DNA of 64,000 nt from Prasinococcaceae sp. CCMP 1430 (taxonomy: Eukaryota > Plantae > Prasinodermophyta): the NCBI GenBank assembly GCA_013416795.1, contig RQSC01000010.1:211949-275948 (forward strand), given 5' to 3'. A program made the position numbers and the translations under genes. The notes under the pieces are model-generated. The model did not search any database. It saw nothing but the letters and a program-made list of their open reading frames with translations, and was not told where the DNA came from. Shown in pieces: positions 34,497-45,921 of this stretch; position 1 is the stretch's first letter, and each line of letters starts with the position of its first letter.

Positions 34497-36020
34497 ATGG
34501 TAGCAATTCGCCCTGATGAGATTAGTAGCATTATTCGTCAACAAATTGAAGATTATGCATCTACAGTAAAAGTTACAAATGTAGGTACAGTTCTACAAGT
34601 TGGAGATGGTATTGCACGTGTATATGGTTTAAACAAAGTAATGGCTGGTGAGCTATTAGAATTTGAAGATGGTACTGTAGGTATCGCACTAAACTTAGAA
34701 GCTGACAACGTTGGTGTTGTACTTATGGGTGGTGGTTTCGAAATTCAAGAAGGTAGTTCAGTAAAAGCAACTGGTAAAATTGCCCAAATTCCTGTAGGAG
34801 AAGGGTTCTTAGGCCGTGTTGTAGATGCACTAGCACGACCTGTTGATGGAAAAGGTGATATTACACCTGATGATAGTCGTTTAATCGAATCTCCAGCACC
34901 AGGTATTATTTCACGTCGTTCAGTTTATGAACCACTACAGACGGGTCTTGTAGCTATTGACGCAATGATTCCAATCGGTCGTGGTCAACGTGAGCTTATT
35001 ATTGGTGACCGTCAAACTGGTAAAACAGCTGTAGCCATTGATACAATTATTAACCAGAAAGAAACTGGTGTTATTTGTGTATACGTAGCTATTGGTCAAA
35101 AAGCATCTTCTGTTGCTCAAATTGTTACTTCATTAGAAGAAGCTGGTGCATTAGAGAATACAATTATTGTTGCTGAAAACGCTGATTCTCCAGCGCCATT
35201 ACAGTACTTAGCTCCTTATACTGGTGCTGCTTTAGCAGAATATTTTATGTACACAAACCGTCATACTCTGGCGATTTATGATGATTTATCTAAGCAAGCT
35301 GCTGCTTACCGTCAAATGTCTCTTTTATTACGTCGTCCACCAGGTCGTGAAGCGTACCCTGGAGATGTATTCTACTTACACTCACGTTTACTTGAACGTG
35401 CAGCTAAGCTAAGTGATGCATTAGGCGAAGGAAGTATGACAGCATTACCTGTGGTAGAAACACAAGCAGGGGATGTATCGGCGTATATTCCAACAAATGT
35501 TATTTCTATTACTGATGGTCAGGTATTCTTATCAGGTGATTTATTCAACTCAGGTATCCGTCCAGCAATTAACGTAGGTATTTCAGTTTCTCGTGTTGGT
35601 TCAGCTGCGCAAATTAAAGCTATGAAGCAAGTAGCTGGTAAATTAAAGTTAGAATTAGCACAGTTTGCTGAATTAGAAGCTTTTTCACAGTTTGCTTCAG
35701 ATTTAGATAAAGCAACTCAAAACCAGCTAGCTCGTGGACAACGTCTACGTGAATTACTTAAGCAAGCACAAGGTGCTCCACTTTCAGTTCCACAACAAGT
35801 AGTTACTATCTACACAGGAATTAATGGGTATCTTGATGATGTTGAAGTAGCAGATGTTCGTGAATTCTTATCAGGACTTCGTGAGTATGTTGGTACAAGT
35901 GCTACAGGAATTATTGATAGCATTAATTCTTCTAAGAAATTTGATGATGATGCAGAAGCTATGTTATTAGAAGCAATTGCAACATATAAAGAAAGTTTCT
36001 TTGCTTCTAAAAAAGGTTAA
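34497..36020 (+). CDS. atpA: ATP synthase CF1 alpha subunit
   Basis: [40 protein letters not shown]. Confidence 0.99.
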   Translation: MVAIRPDEISSIIRQQIEDYASTVKVTNVGTVLQVGDGIARVYGLNKVMAGELLEFEDGTVGIALNLEADNVGVVLMGGGFEIQEGSSVKATGKIAQIPVGEGFLGRVVDALARPVDGKGDITPDDSRLIESPAPGIISRRSVYEPLQTGLVAIDAMIPIGRGQRELIIGDRQTGKTAVAIDTIINQKETGVICVYVAIGQKASSVAQIVTSLEEAGALENTIIVAENADSPAPLQYLAPYTGAALAEYFMYTNRHTLAIYDDLSKQAAAYRQMSLLLRRPPGREAYPGDVFYLHSRLLERAAKLSDALGEGSMTALPVVETQAGDVSAYIPTNVISITDGQVFLSGDLFNSGIRPAINVGISVSRVGSAAQIKAMKQVAGKLKLELAQFAELEAFSQFASDLDKATQNQLARGQRLRELLKQAQGAPLSVPQQVVTIYTGINGYLDDVEVADVREFLSGLREYVGTSATGIIDSINSSKKFDDDAEAMLLEAIATYKESFFASKKG

Positions 36021-36043
36021 TTTTCATTAATTAACTCTCTCTT

Positions 36044-36080
36044 TATTTGTCAAGTAAACAAAACATTTACTTGACAAATA
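36044..36080. terminator. Hairpin 3' of atpA; right arm contains the trnF -35 element
   Basis: 15-bp arms; TTGACA at 36071-36076 lies 18 nt before TATACT at 36095-36100. Confidence 0.65.
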
Positions 36081-36131
36081 TTATTCTTTTATTGTATACT
36101 TAAATAAATAAATAAGTTAATTAATAATTCA

Positions 36132-36204
36132 GCCGAGATAGCTCAGTTGGTAGAGCAGCGGATTGAAAATCCGCGTGTCACCAGTTCGACTCTGGTTCTT
36201 GGCA
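36132..36204 (+). tRNA. trnF: tRNA-Phe(GAA)
   Basis: GCCGAGATAGCTCAG...TTGAAAA loop. Confidence 0.95.
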
Positions 36205-36443
36205 TAAAATTTATGATATTGTTCTCATTTTGTATATTTTTTGATTATCTTTCTGAATAATCATATAACTATATGAATAAATTATAAATTTTTATTTATG
36301 CATAAATAAAAATTATTATTATGATAGTGTATACTAATCACTAATATTGAGCTTATGCTCCCGGAATAGATGTATGACTAGATATTCTAATTTTATAGAT
36401 TCTAGATAAAAGAGCCTATCTTTACTAAAACTTAAAAAACTTT

Positions 36444-37871
36444 ATGGCACCACAAACAGAAACTAAAACAGGAACAGGGTTCCAAGCCGGGGTAAAAGAT
36501 TACCGTCTAACTTACTACACTCCAGAGTACGTTGTTAAGGATACTGATATTCTTGCAGCATTCCGTGTACAGCCTCAGCCAGGTGTACCAGCTGAAGAGG
36601 TTGCTGCAGCAGTAGCAGCTGAATCATCTACAGGTACTTGGACAACTGTATGGACTGATGGTCTAACTTCTCTTGACCGTTACAAGGGTCGTTGTTACGA
36701 TATTGAGCCAGTTGCTGGTGAAGACGATTCTTACATCGTATACGTAGCTTACCCTCTAGATCTATTTGAAGAAGGTTCTGTAACTAACCTATTTACTTCA
36801 ATTGTTGGTAACGTATTTGGTTTTAAGGCTTTACGTTCACTTCGTCTAGAAGATTTACGTATTCCTCCAGCTTACGTTAAGACTTTCACTGGTCCTCCTC
36901 ATGGTATTCAGGTTGAGCGTGATAAGCTAAACAAGTACGGACGTGCTCTACTAGGTTGTACTATTAAGCCTAAGCTAGGTCTTTCTGCTAAGAACTACGG
37001 TCGTGCAGTATACGAATGTCTTCGTGGTGGTCTTGATTTCACTAAGGATGATGAGAACGTAAACTCTCAGCCATTCATGCGTTGGCGTGATCGTTTCCTT
37101 TTCGTAGCAGAGGCTTCTTACAAGGCTCAAGCAGAAACTGGAGAGGTTAAGGGTCATTACCTAAACGCAACTGCTGCTACTTGTGAAGAAATGCTTAAGC
37201 GTGCAGCTTGTGCTAAGGATCTAGGTGTTCCAATTATTATGCATGACTACCTAACTGGTGGTTTCACTGCTAACACTTCTCTAGCTCACTACTGTCGTGA
37301 TAACGGTCTTCTTCTACACATTCACCGTGCGATGCACGCTGTAATTGACCGTCAGCGTAACCACGGTATTCACTTCCGTGTACTTGCTAAGGCTCTACGT
37401 ATGTCTGGTGGTGATCACCTTCACTCAGGTACTGTTGTAGGTAAGCTTGAGGGTGAACGTGAAGTAACTCTAGGTTTCGTAGACCTAATGCGTGATGACT
37501 ACATTGAGAAGGACCGTTCTCGTGGTGTATACTTCACTCAGGATTGGGTTTCTATGGGTGGTGTTATGCCAGTAGCTTCTGGTGGTATTCACGTATGGCA
37601 CATGCCAGCTCTAGTTGATATCTTCGGTGACGATGCATGTCTACAGTTCGGTGGTGGTACTCTAGGACACCCTTGGGGTAACGCACCAGGTGCTGCAGCT
37701 AACCGTGTAGCTCTTGAGGCTTGTGTTCAGGCTCGTAACGAAGGACGTTCTCTAGCTCGTGAAGGTGGAGATATTATTCGTGCAGCTTGTAAGTGGTCTC
37801 CTGAACTAGCTTCAGCTTGTGAAGTTTGGAAAGAGATTAAGTTCGAATTCGAAACTATTGATACTCTTTAA
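36444..37871 (+). CDS. rbcL: RuBisCO large subunit (green-type form IB)
   Basis: [15 protein letters not shown] carbamylation motif, [21 protein letters not shown]. Confidence 0.99.
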   Translation: MAPQTETKTGTGFQAGVKDYRLTYYTPEYVVKDTDILAAFRVQPQPGVPAEEVAAAVAAESSTGTWTTVWTDGLTSLDRYKGRCYDIEPVAGEDDSYIVYVAYPLDLFEEGSVTNLFTSIVGNVFGFKALRSLRLEDLRIPPAYVKTFTGPPHGIQVERDKLNKYGRALLGCTIKPKLGLSAKNYGRAVYECLRGGLDFTKDDENVNSQPFMRWRDRFLFVAEASYKAQAETGEVKGHYLNATAATCEEMLKRAACAKDLGVPIIMHDYLTGGFTANTSLAHYCRDNGLLLHIHRAMHAVIDRQRNHGIHFRVLAKALRMSGGDHLHSGTVVGKLEGEREVTLGFVDLMRDDYIEKDRSRGVYFTQDWVSMGGVMPVASGGIHVWHMPALVDIFGDDACLQFGGGTLGHPWGNAPGAAANRVALEACVQARNEGRSLAREGGDIIRAACKWSPELASACEVWKEIKFEFETIDTL

Positions 37872-38211
37872 TCTATTTTAATATATTTTAGATTCCTTTT
37901 ATGGAATCTAAAATGTATTAAATTTAATAATTCTTATTAATTATTTGTTTAAATTTTGTTTTTTCGATTTTTTATTTAAATTTCTTTGTAGGAACAATAA
38001 TGCTTAATAATATTTAATTTAAATAAGTCTTAAAGAGGCTATATGACTTTTTAACCTTCCTTAATTTGGTATTATTTATAACGTAAAGATGTAAAACAAA
38101 AATCTTTGCAAATGTACAGTAACAAAGAATTCTGATCGTGTACTACAAAATATAAAGTTTTGTAAAAATTTATTTATTGTTTAGTCAAACAATAAAATGG
38201 GAAAATATATA

Positions 38212-38218
38212 TAAAAAA

Positions 38219-38253
<35 letters not shown>

Positions 38254-38481
38254 TATGCTTAACACATGCAAGTCGTACGAAAACTTTTTTTGCTTGCAAA
38301 GAAAGTTTTAGTGGCGAACGGGTGAGTAACGCGTAAGAATCTGCCCTCAGGAAGGGGATAACAGTGGGAAACTACTGCTAATACCCTATAAGCGCATGCG
38401 TAAAAGCCTTCGGGCACCTGGGGATGAGCTTGCGTCTGATTAGCTAGTTGGTGAGGTAATGGCTTACCAAGGCGATGATCA

Positions 38482-38536
<55 letters not shown>

Positions 38537-39079
38537 TCTACGGGAGGCAGCAGTGGGGAATTTTCCGCAATGGGCGAAAGCCTGACGGAGCAATACCGCG
38601 TGGAGGATGACGGCCTATGGGTTGTAAACTCCTTTTCTTTGAGAAGAAGTCCTGACGGTATCAAAGGAATAAGCATCGGCTAACTCCGTGCCAGCAGCCG
38701 CGGTAAGACGGAGGATGCAAGTGTTATCCGGAATTATTGGGCGTAAAGCGTTTGTAGGTGGAAAAATAAGTCTATTGTTAAATCCAGGAGCTTAACTTCT
38801 GTCCAGCGATATGAAACTATTTTTCTTGAGGGTGGTAGGGGTAGAAGGAATTCCTAGTGTAGCGGTGAAATGCGTAGATATTAGGAAGAACACCAAAGGC
38901 GAAGGCATTCTACTGGGCCAATCCTGACACTGAGAGACGAAAGCTAGGGGAGCGAATGGGATTAGATACCCCAGTAGTCCTAGCCGTAAACGATGGATAC
39001 TAGGGGATACGCGAATCGACTCGTGTATGCTCGCAGTTCACACAGTAAGTATCCCGCCTGGGGAGTACGCTCGCAAGGG

Positions 39080-39136
<57 letters not shown>

Positions 39137-39228
39137 TGATGCAACGCGAAGAACCTTACCAGGACTTGACATACCATAGACATTTTTATGAGAGTAATTA
39201 TTTCCTTCGGGACTATGGATACAGGTGG

Positions 39229-39294
<66 letters not shown>

Positions 39295-39548
39295 TCTTTT
39301 GTTACCCCTATCGAGAGATAGGGGGAATCGAAAGAGACTGCCGGTCATAAACCGGAGGAAGGTGAGGATGACGTCAAGTCAGCATGCCCCTTACGTTCTG
39401 GGCCACACACGTGCTACAATGGGCAAGACAATAAGTAGCTAACCTGCGAAGGTACGCAAATCTAAGAAACTTGCCCTCAGTTCGGATTGGAGGCTGCAAC
39501 TCGCCTCCATGAAGTCGGAATCGCTAGTAATCGCCGGTCAGCCATACG

Positions 39549-39601
<53 letters not shown>

Positions 39602-39721
39602 TGGCTATGCCCGAAGTCATTACCCCAACCTCGGAGGGGGATGCCTAAGGCAGAGTTAGTAACTAGGGTGAAGTCGTAACAAGGTAGCCGTACTGGAAGG
39701 TGCGGCTGGATCACCTCCTTA
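38212..39721 (+). rRNA. rrs: Plastid 16S rRNA (ends approximate)
   Basis: AGAGTTTGATCCTGGCTCAG at 38219; GTGCCAGCAGCCGCGGTAA; 3' GATCACCTCCTT anti-SD. Confidence 0.98.
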
Positions 39722-39818
39722 ACTATCTTATTCTATTAAGCATAGTTGTCGATCACATCAGAAATTCTACTGTAATCTATCTATTCAAACAATGAATGGA
39801 CTATAAAACACCTTTTGT

Positions 39819-39834
39819 GGGCTATTAGCTCAGG

Positions 39835-39877
<43 letters not shown>

Positions 39878-39892
39878 GTCCAGAATAGCCCA
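39819..39892 (+). tRNA. trnI: tRNA-Ile(GAU), intronless
   Basis: GGGCTAT/ATAGCCC acceptor stem, CTGATAA loop, in the 16S-23S spacer. Confidence 0.96.
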
Positions 39893-39895
39893 GGT

Positions 39896-39968
39896 GGGGG
39901 TATAGCTTAGTTGGTAGAGCACTGCCTTTGCAAGGCAGATGTCAGCGGTTCAAGTCCGCTTACCTCCA
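39896..39968 (+). tRNA. trnA: tRNA-Ala(UGC), intronless
   Basis: G3:U70 pair, TTTGCAA loop; starts 3 nt after trnI. Confidence 0.96.
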
Positions 39969-40010
39969 GAGAGAGTTTAACTCTCTATATAGCATTATAA
40001 AAAAGAAAAA

Positions 40011-41760
40011 GATCAATAAACAAAGGGCATATGGGGGATACCTAGGTATCAAGAGTCGAAGAAGGGCGTAAAAACCGACGATATGCTTCATGGAGCTGGC
40101 ATTAAGCTATGATATGAAGATTCCCGAATAGGATAACCTTTAAAACATTTTTCTGAATGCATAGGAAAAAATGAGAAAACCAAGTGAACTGAAACATCTT
40201 AGTAGCTTGTGGAAAAGAAAGCAAAAGCGATTCCCGGAGTAGTGGCGAACGAAATGGGAACAGCCCAAAAGTTAACTTATTTGATTAACTGGTTGAGGGA
40301 GTCCAAAATCTTAAAATTATATATTTACGCGAATTGTTTGAATGACAAACCAAAGAAAGTGATAGTCTTGTAGCTTAAAATTTATAAAACTAAAGAGTGA
40401 CATCCCAAGTAGCATGAAACATGTGGAATTTCGTGTGAATCTGCGAGAACCACCTCGTAAGGCTAAATACTCCTTGATGACCGATAGTGAACAGTACCGC
40501 GAGGGAATGGTGAAAAGAACCCCCATAGGGGAGTGAAAAAGAATATGAAACCGTATGCTTACAAGCAGTAGGAGGACGATTTAACGTTTGACTGCGTGCC
40601 TGTTGAAGAATGAGCCGGCGACTCTTTGCATGTGGCTTGGTTAATGAGTTCCGCTCAGAAGCCTAAGCGAAAGCGAGTGTGAATAGCGCGTTTGTCATAT
40701 GTAAAGGACCCGAACCCGGGTGATCTACCCATGGGCAGGATGAATCCCCAGTAAAATGGGGTGGAGGTCCGAACCGACTTATGTTGAAAAATGAGCGGAT
40801 GACCTGTGGGTAGGGGTGAAATGCCAATCGAACTCGGAGCTAGCTGGTTCTCCCCGAAATGCGTTGAGGCGCAGCGGTAATTTATGGTCCACAAAGGGGT
40901 AAAGCACTGTTTTAATGCGGGCGGAGAGATCTGTACCAAATTAATGCAAACTCAGAATACTTTGTGTGATTTCAAAGTGCCAGTAAGACTGTGGGGGATA
41001 AGCTCCATTGTCAAGAGGGAAACAGCCCAGACCACCGGCTAAGGCCCCAAAATGTATGCTAAGTGGTAAAGGAAGTGACAACGCAAAGACAATCAGAAGG
41101 TTCGCCTAGAAGCAGCTATCCTTTAAAGAGTTCGTAACAGATCACTGATCAAGCGTCGTTGCACCGAAAATGAAAGGGACTAAGTATACTGCCGAAGCTG
41201 TGGGATCAACTTTTAAACGTTGATCGGTAGGGGAGCGTTCTGTTCTTGATTGAAGCATGATCGAAAGGACATGTGGACAAAACAGAAGTGAGAATGTCGG
41301 CTTGAGTAGCGAAAACATGGGTGAGAATCCCATGCCCTGAGACCCTAAGGTTTCCTCTCGCAAGGCTCGTCCGCGGAGGGTTAGTCAGGAACTAAGGCGA
41401 GGCCGAACGGCGTAGTCGATGACAATTAGGTTAATATTCCTAAACTTTCTAAAAATTAGTTATTTGTGACGGCAATAACAATTCTATCATAGCTGCATGG
41501 TGTTTATGATATCGTTCACATTGTCCAAGAAAAGCAGAATATCATGTGTTTTTAGAAACCTGTACCAGAAACCGACACAGGTAGGGTGGTTGAGAAGACC
41601 AAGGGGCGCGAGTGAACTCTCTCTAAGGAACTCGGCAAAATGACCCCGTAACTTCGGGAGAAGGGGTGCCTCACCAGCAATGGGGGGCCACAGTAACAAG
41701 ACCCAAGCAACTGTTTATCAAAAACACAGGTCTCCGCAAAGTCGTAAGACAACGTATGGG

Positions 41761-41791
<31 letters not shown>

Positions 41792-41821
41792 TTGCGGTGG
41801 TTAGTGAAGAACGAAGCCATC

Positions 41822-41916
<95 letters not shown>

Positions 41917-42170
41917 TGATTTGGGTACTGTCTCGGAGAGAGGCTCGGCGAAATAGAATTGTCTGTGAAGATGCGGACTACCCCCACCAGGACAGAAAGA
42001 CCCTATGAAGCTTTACTGTAGCTTGAAATTGTTGCCGAGTATATCGTGTGCAGCTTAGGTGGGAGGCGTTGATTATGTATTTCCGGATACATTGGAGCCA
42101 TTAGTGAGATACCACTCTCGATATACTCAGCATCTCATCATATACTTTTAGCAAGTTATGAGACAGTTTT

Positions 42171-42202
<32 letters not shown>

Positions 42203-42396
42203 CAAAAAGTAACGGAGGCGTACAAAGGTATCCTCAGGCTGTTTAGAAATCAGCTGTGGCGTGCAAAGGCATAAGGATGCTTGACTGCAAGACCTACAAG
42301 TCGAGCAGGGACGAAAGTCGGTCTTAGTGATCCGACGGTTCCGTGTGGAAGGGCCGTCGCTCAACGGATAAAAGTTACTCTAGGGATAACAGGCTG

Positions 42397-42456
<60 letters not shown>

Positions 42457-42501
42457 ACCTGGGGCGGAAGTACGTCCCAAGGGTTGGGCTGTTCGCCCAT
42501 G

Positions 42502-42549
<48 letters not shown>

Positions 42550-42824
42550 ATATCCGGTGGAGGCGTTAGAGTATTGAGAGGATTCTTCCTTAGTACGAGA
42601 GGACCGGGAAGGACACACAACCGGTATACCAGTTATTGTTGCCAACGGTAAACGCTGGGTAGCTTTGTGTGGAGTGGATAACTGCTGAAAGCATCTAAGT
42701 AGGAAGCCCACCTCAAGATGAGTACTCTCTAAGGTCACGGTAAGAACAACCGTTAGATAGGTATCAGGTGTAAGTGCAGTAATGTATTCAGCCGAGATAT
42801 ACTAATAGACCGTATGAATTGATC
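40011..42824 (+). rRNA. rrl: Plastid 23S rRNA, compact, no introns (ends approximate)
   Basis: GGATACCTAGG near the 5' end, PTC-region motifs (GAAAGACCC, GGATAACAGG, CTCGATGTCGG); terminal GATCAAT/ATTGATC pairing. Confidence 0.97.
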
Positions 42825-42844
42825 TTTTTCTTTTTTTCTTATGT

Positions 42845-42961
42845 AATCGTGCTTTGAGCACAAAGGAACCACACTATTCCATCTCGAACTAGCCTGTGAA
42901 ACTTTGTAGCGAGGAACAAGGTATGGGGGACACCCCATGTAAACATTCCTTCAGTGCGATT
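42845..42961 (+). rRNA. rrf: Divergent plastid 5S rRNA
   Basis: Folded by hand: helix I AATCGTGCT/AGTGCGATT, helix II GCACAAAG/CTTTGT(A)GC, loop C CCATCTCGAAC, helix IV ATGGGG-GACA-CCCCAT. Lies 20 nt after the 23S. Confidence 0.85.
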
Positions 42962-43153
42962 TTTATGTTTTTTTAATTTAAAGTATTTAACCAGAAGTAT
43001 TTTTTTGATAACTTTTCGTTGATAAAATGAAAAATAAAAGTAAAGTAAAAATAAAATTATTCTAAGGTATAATATATAGTAGAGATAATAAAAAGAGAAA
43101 GTAATTTTAGTTTTGGTTCTTTTTATTATATTTTATTATTGGAGAATTTTATT

Positions 43154-44212
43154 ATGACAATTGCTATCGGTAAAGAACAGCAAAATCGTGGCTGGTTTGA
43201 CCAAGTTGATGATTGGTTAAAGCGTGACCGTTTCGTATTCGTAGGATGGTCTGGGCTACTTCTACTTCCATGTGCTTATAATGCACTTGGTGGTTGGTTA
43301 ACAGGTATTACTTTTGTAACATCTTGGTATACTCATGGTCTTGCATCTTCATTCCTTGAAGGTTGTAACTTCCTAACTGCAGCGGTTTCAACGCCTGCTA
43401 ACGCTATGGGACATTCATTACTACTTATTTGGGGTCCTGAAGCTCAAGGTGATATTACACGTTGGTTCCAGCTTGGAGGTCTTTGGACATTCGTAGCACT
43501 ACACGGATCATTTGGTCTAATTGGTTTCATGTTACGACAGTTTGAAATTGCTCGTGCTGTAGGACTACGTCCTTACAACGCTATTGCTTTCTCAGCACCA
43601 ATTTCAGTATTTGTTTCTGTATTCTTAATTTACCCACTAGGACAATCTGGTTGGTTCTTCGCACCAAGTTTTGGTGTAGCAGGAATTTTCCGATTCATTC
43701 TTTTCTTCCAAGGTTTCCATAACTGGACACTAAACCCATTCCATATGATGGGTGTTGCTGGTGTACTTGGTGCTGCACTTCTATGTGCAATTCACGGTGC
43801 AACTGTAGAGAACACAATTTTTGAAGATGGTGATGGAGCAAACACTTTCCGTGCATTCAACCCAACTCAATCAGAAGAAACATACTCAATGGTAACAGCA
43901 AACCGTTTTTGGTCACAAATTTTCGGTATTGCATTCTCTAACAAGCGTTGGTTACACTTCTTCATGCTATTTGTACCTGTAACAGGTCTATGGATGAGTG
44001 CTATTGGTGTTGTTGGATTAGCTTTAAACCTTCGTGCTTATGATTTCGTTTCTCAGGAAATCCGTGCTGCGGAAGATCCAGAATTTGAAACATTCTATAC
44101 TAAAAACATTCTACTAAACGAAGGTATTCGTGCATGGATGGCTGTTCAAGACCAACCACACGAACAACTTGTATTCCCAGAGGAGGTACTGCCACGTGGA
44201 AACGCTCTTTAA
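43154..44212 (+). CDS. psbD: Photosystem II D2 protein
   Basis: MTIAIG...[16 protein letters not shown]...[10 protein letters not shown]; start reassigned to ATG 43154. Confidence 0.99.
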   Translation: MTIAIGKEQQNRGWFDQVDDWLKRDRFVFVGWSGLLLLPCAYNALGGWLTGITFVTSWYTHGLASSFLEGCNFLTAAVSTPANAMGHSLLLIWGPEAQGDITRWFQLGGLWTFVALHGSFGLIGFMLRQFEIARAVGLRPYNAIAFSAPISVFVSVFLIYPLGQSGWFFAPSFGVAGIFRFILFFQGFHNWTLNPFHMMGVAGVLGAALLCAIHGATVENTIFEDGDGANTFRAFNPTQSEETYSMVTANRFWSQIFGIAFSNKRWLHFFMLFVPVTGLWMSAIGVVGLALNLRAYDFVSQEIRAAEDPEFETFYTKNILLNEGIRAWMAVQDQPHEQLVFPEEVLPRGNAL

Positions 44213-45581
44213 TGGAAGTCTTGTTATTGGTGGACGTGATCAAGAATCAACAGGATTTGCTTGGTGGTCTGGTAACGCACGTCTAATTAATCTTTCAGGA
44301 AAATTATTAGGTGCACACGTTGCACATGCTGGTCTTATCGTTTTTTGGGCTGGAGCTATGAACCTATTTGAGGTTGCTCACTTTGTACCAGAAAAACCTA
44401 TGTACGAGCAGGGTCTTATTTTATTACCACACCTAGCAGCTCTAGGTTGGGGTGTTGGACCTGGTGGTGAAGTTATTGATACATACCCATACTTTGTATC
44501 AGGTGTACTTCACTTAATTTCTTCAGCAGTTTTAGGTTTCGGTGGTGTTTACCACTCACTTTTAGGTCCTGAAACACTAGAAGAATCTTTCCCATTCTTT
44601 GGATATGTTTGGAAAGATAAGAACAAGATGACAACAATTTTAGGTATTCACCTTGTTGTTCTTGGAATCGGAGCATTCCTTTTCGTTTGGAAAGCTATGT
44701 ACTTCGGTGGAATCTATGATACATGGGCTCCAGGTGGTGGAGATGTTCGAATTGTAACAAACCCAACACTTAACCCAGGTATTATTTTTGGTTATCTTTT
44801 AAAGTCACCATTTGGTGGTGACGGTTGGATTTGTTCTGTAGATAACCTTGAAGACGTTGTTGGAGGTCATATTTGGATTGGTTCAATCGAAATTCTTGGT
44901 GGTTTCTGGCATATCTTTACAAAGCCATGGGCTTGGGCACGTCGTGCATTTGTATGGTCTGGTGAAGCTTACCTTTCATACAGTCTTGCAGCTGTTTCAA
45001 CAATGGCATTTATTGCAGTACCAATGGTTTGGTACAACAATACTGTTTATCCTAGTGAATTCTTTGGTCCAACTGCGGCTGAAGCTTCACAGTCTCAGAC
45101 ATTCACTTTCCTTGTACGTGACCAGCGTTTAGGTGCTAACGTTGCATCTGCACAAGGTCCAACAGGTCTTGGTAAGTACTTAATGCGTTCTCCTACTGGT
45201 GAAATTATTTTCGGTGGTGAAACAATGCGTTTCTGGGATTTCCGTGGTCCATGGGTAGAACCTTTACGTGGTCCTAACGGTTTAGATCTAAACAAAATTA
45301 AAAATGATATTCAGCCATGGCAAGAACGTCGTGCTGCTGAGTACATGACACATGCACCACTTGGTTCATTAAACTCAGTTGGTGGTGTAGCAACAGAAAT
45401 TAACGCTGTAAACTATGTTAACCCACGTTCATGGTTAGCTACGTCTCATTTCTGTCTAGCATTCTTCTTCTTTGTAGCTCACTTATGGCATGCTGGTCGT
45501 GCTCGTGCTGCTGCAGCCGGGTTTGAGAAGGGTATTGATCGTGATACTGAACCAGTATTATCAATGCGTCCACTTGACTAA
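44196..45581 (+). CDS. psbC: Photosystem II CP43 protein
   Basis: GTG start (METLFN) with GGAGG SD at 44182-44186; 17-nt overlap with psbD; canonical CP43 sequence. Confidence 0.98.
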   Translation: METLFNGSLVIGGRDQESTGFAWWSGNARLINLSGKLLGAHVAHAGLIVFWAGAMNLFEVAHFVPEKPMYEQGLILLPHLAALGWGVGPGGEVIDTYPYFVSGVLHLISSAVLGFGGVYHSLLGPETLEESFPFFGYVWKDKNKMTTILGIHLVVLGIGAFLFVWKAMYFGGIYDTWAPGGGDVRIVTNPTLNPGIIFGYLLKSPFGGDGWICSVDNLEDVVGGHIWIGSIEILGGFWHIFTKPWAWARRAFVWSGEAYLSYSLAAVSTMAFIAVPMVWYNNTVYPSEFFGPTAAEASQSQTFTFLVRDQRLGANVASAQGPTGLGKYLMRSPTGEIIFGGETMRFWDFRGPWVEPLRGPNGLDLNKIKNDIQPWQERRAAEYMTHAPLGSLNSVGGVATEINAVNYVNPRSWLATSHFCLAFFFFVAHLWHAGRARAAAAGFEKGIDRDTEPVLSMRPLD

Positions 45582-45613
45582 TTTTAATATTAGTTAGTGT
45601 TAACCTTATAATT

Positions 45614-45649
45614 TTATTGTTGTTCTGTTTAAAAACAGAACAACAATAA
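45614..45649. terminator. Hairpin 3' of psbC
   Basis: TTATTGTTGTTCTGTTT / AAACAGAACAACAATAA. Confidence 0.65.
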
Positions 45650-45810
45650 TTAGATTTTTTCTATTAATAATTTTTTTTATTTGACTATTTATTTTTGTAA
45701 TTTGAAATTAAATTATTTAGGTTTAATTTATATTATTAACTTATGTCAATAAGTAATCTTAGCTTAGGAACTATCAATAATAATAAAATTTATTTTTGTT
45801 TTCACGTTTT

Positions 45811-45877
45811 ATAATCTATAAAGTATTTAAGTAAAAAGGTTGAAATTGCCTTTTTACTTAAATACTTTATAGATTAT
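45811..45877. terminator. Long hairpin 3' of psaB
   Basis: 29-bp perfect arms with a 9-nt loop. Confidence 0.75.
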
Positions 45878-45921
45878 AATAGTAAATTATAAACTCCTAA
45901 CTATTTAACTTGCAGTAAAAT

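Noticed and set aside
36585-36615. RbcL N-terminal variant PAEEVAAAV instead of PPEEAGAAV
   Set aside because: Conservative changes away from the active site; similar residues occur in other Rubisco forms, and all catalytic motifs are intact.
41849-42545. I-CeuI and I-CreI recognition sequences in the 23S as signs of group I introns
   Set aside because: Both sites are uninterrupted, which is the intron-less allele; they are simply conserved rRNA sequence.
38259-42938. Short ORFs within the 16S and 23S genes
   Set aside because: Spurious frames over structured rRNA; none has homing-endonuclease motifs.
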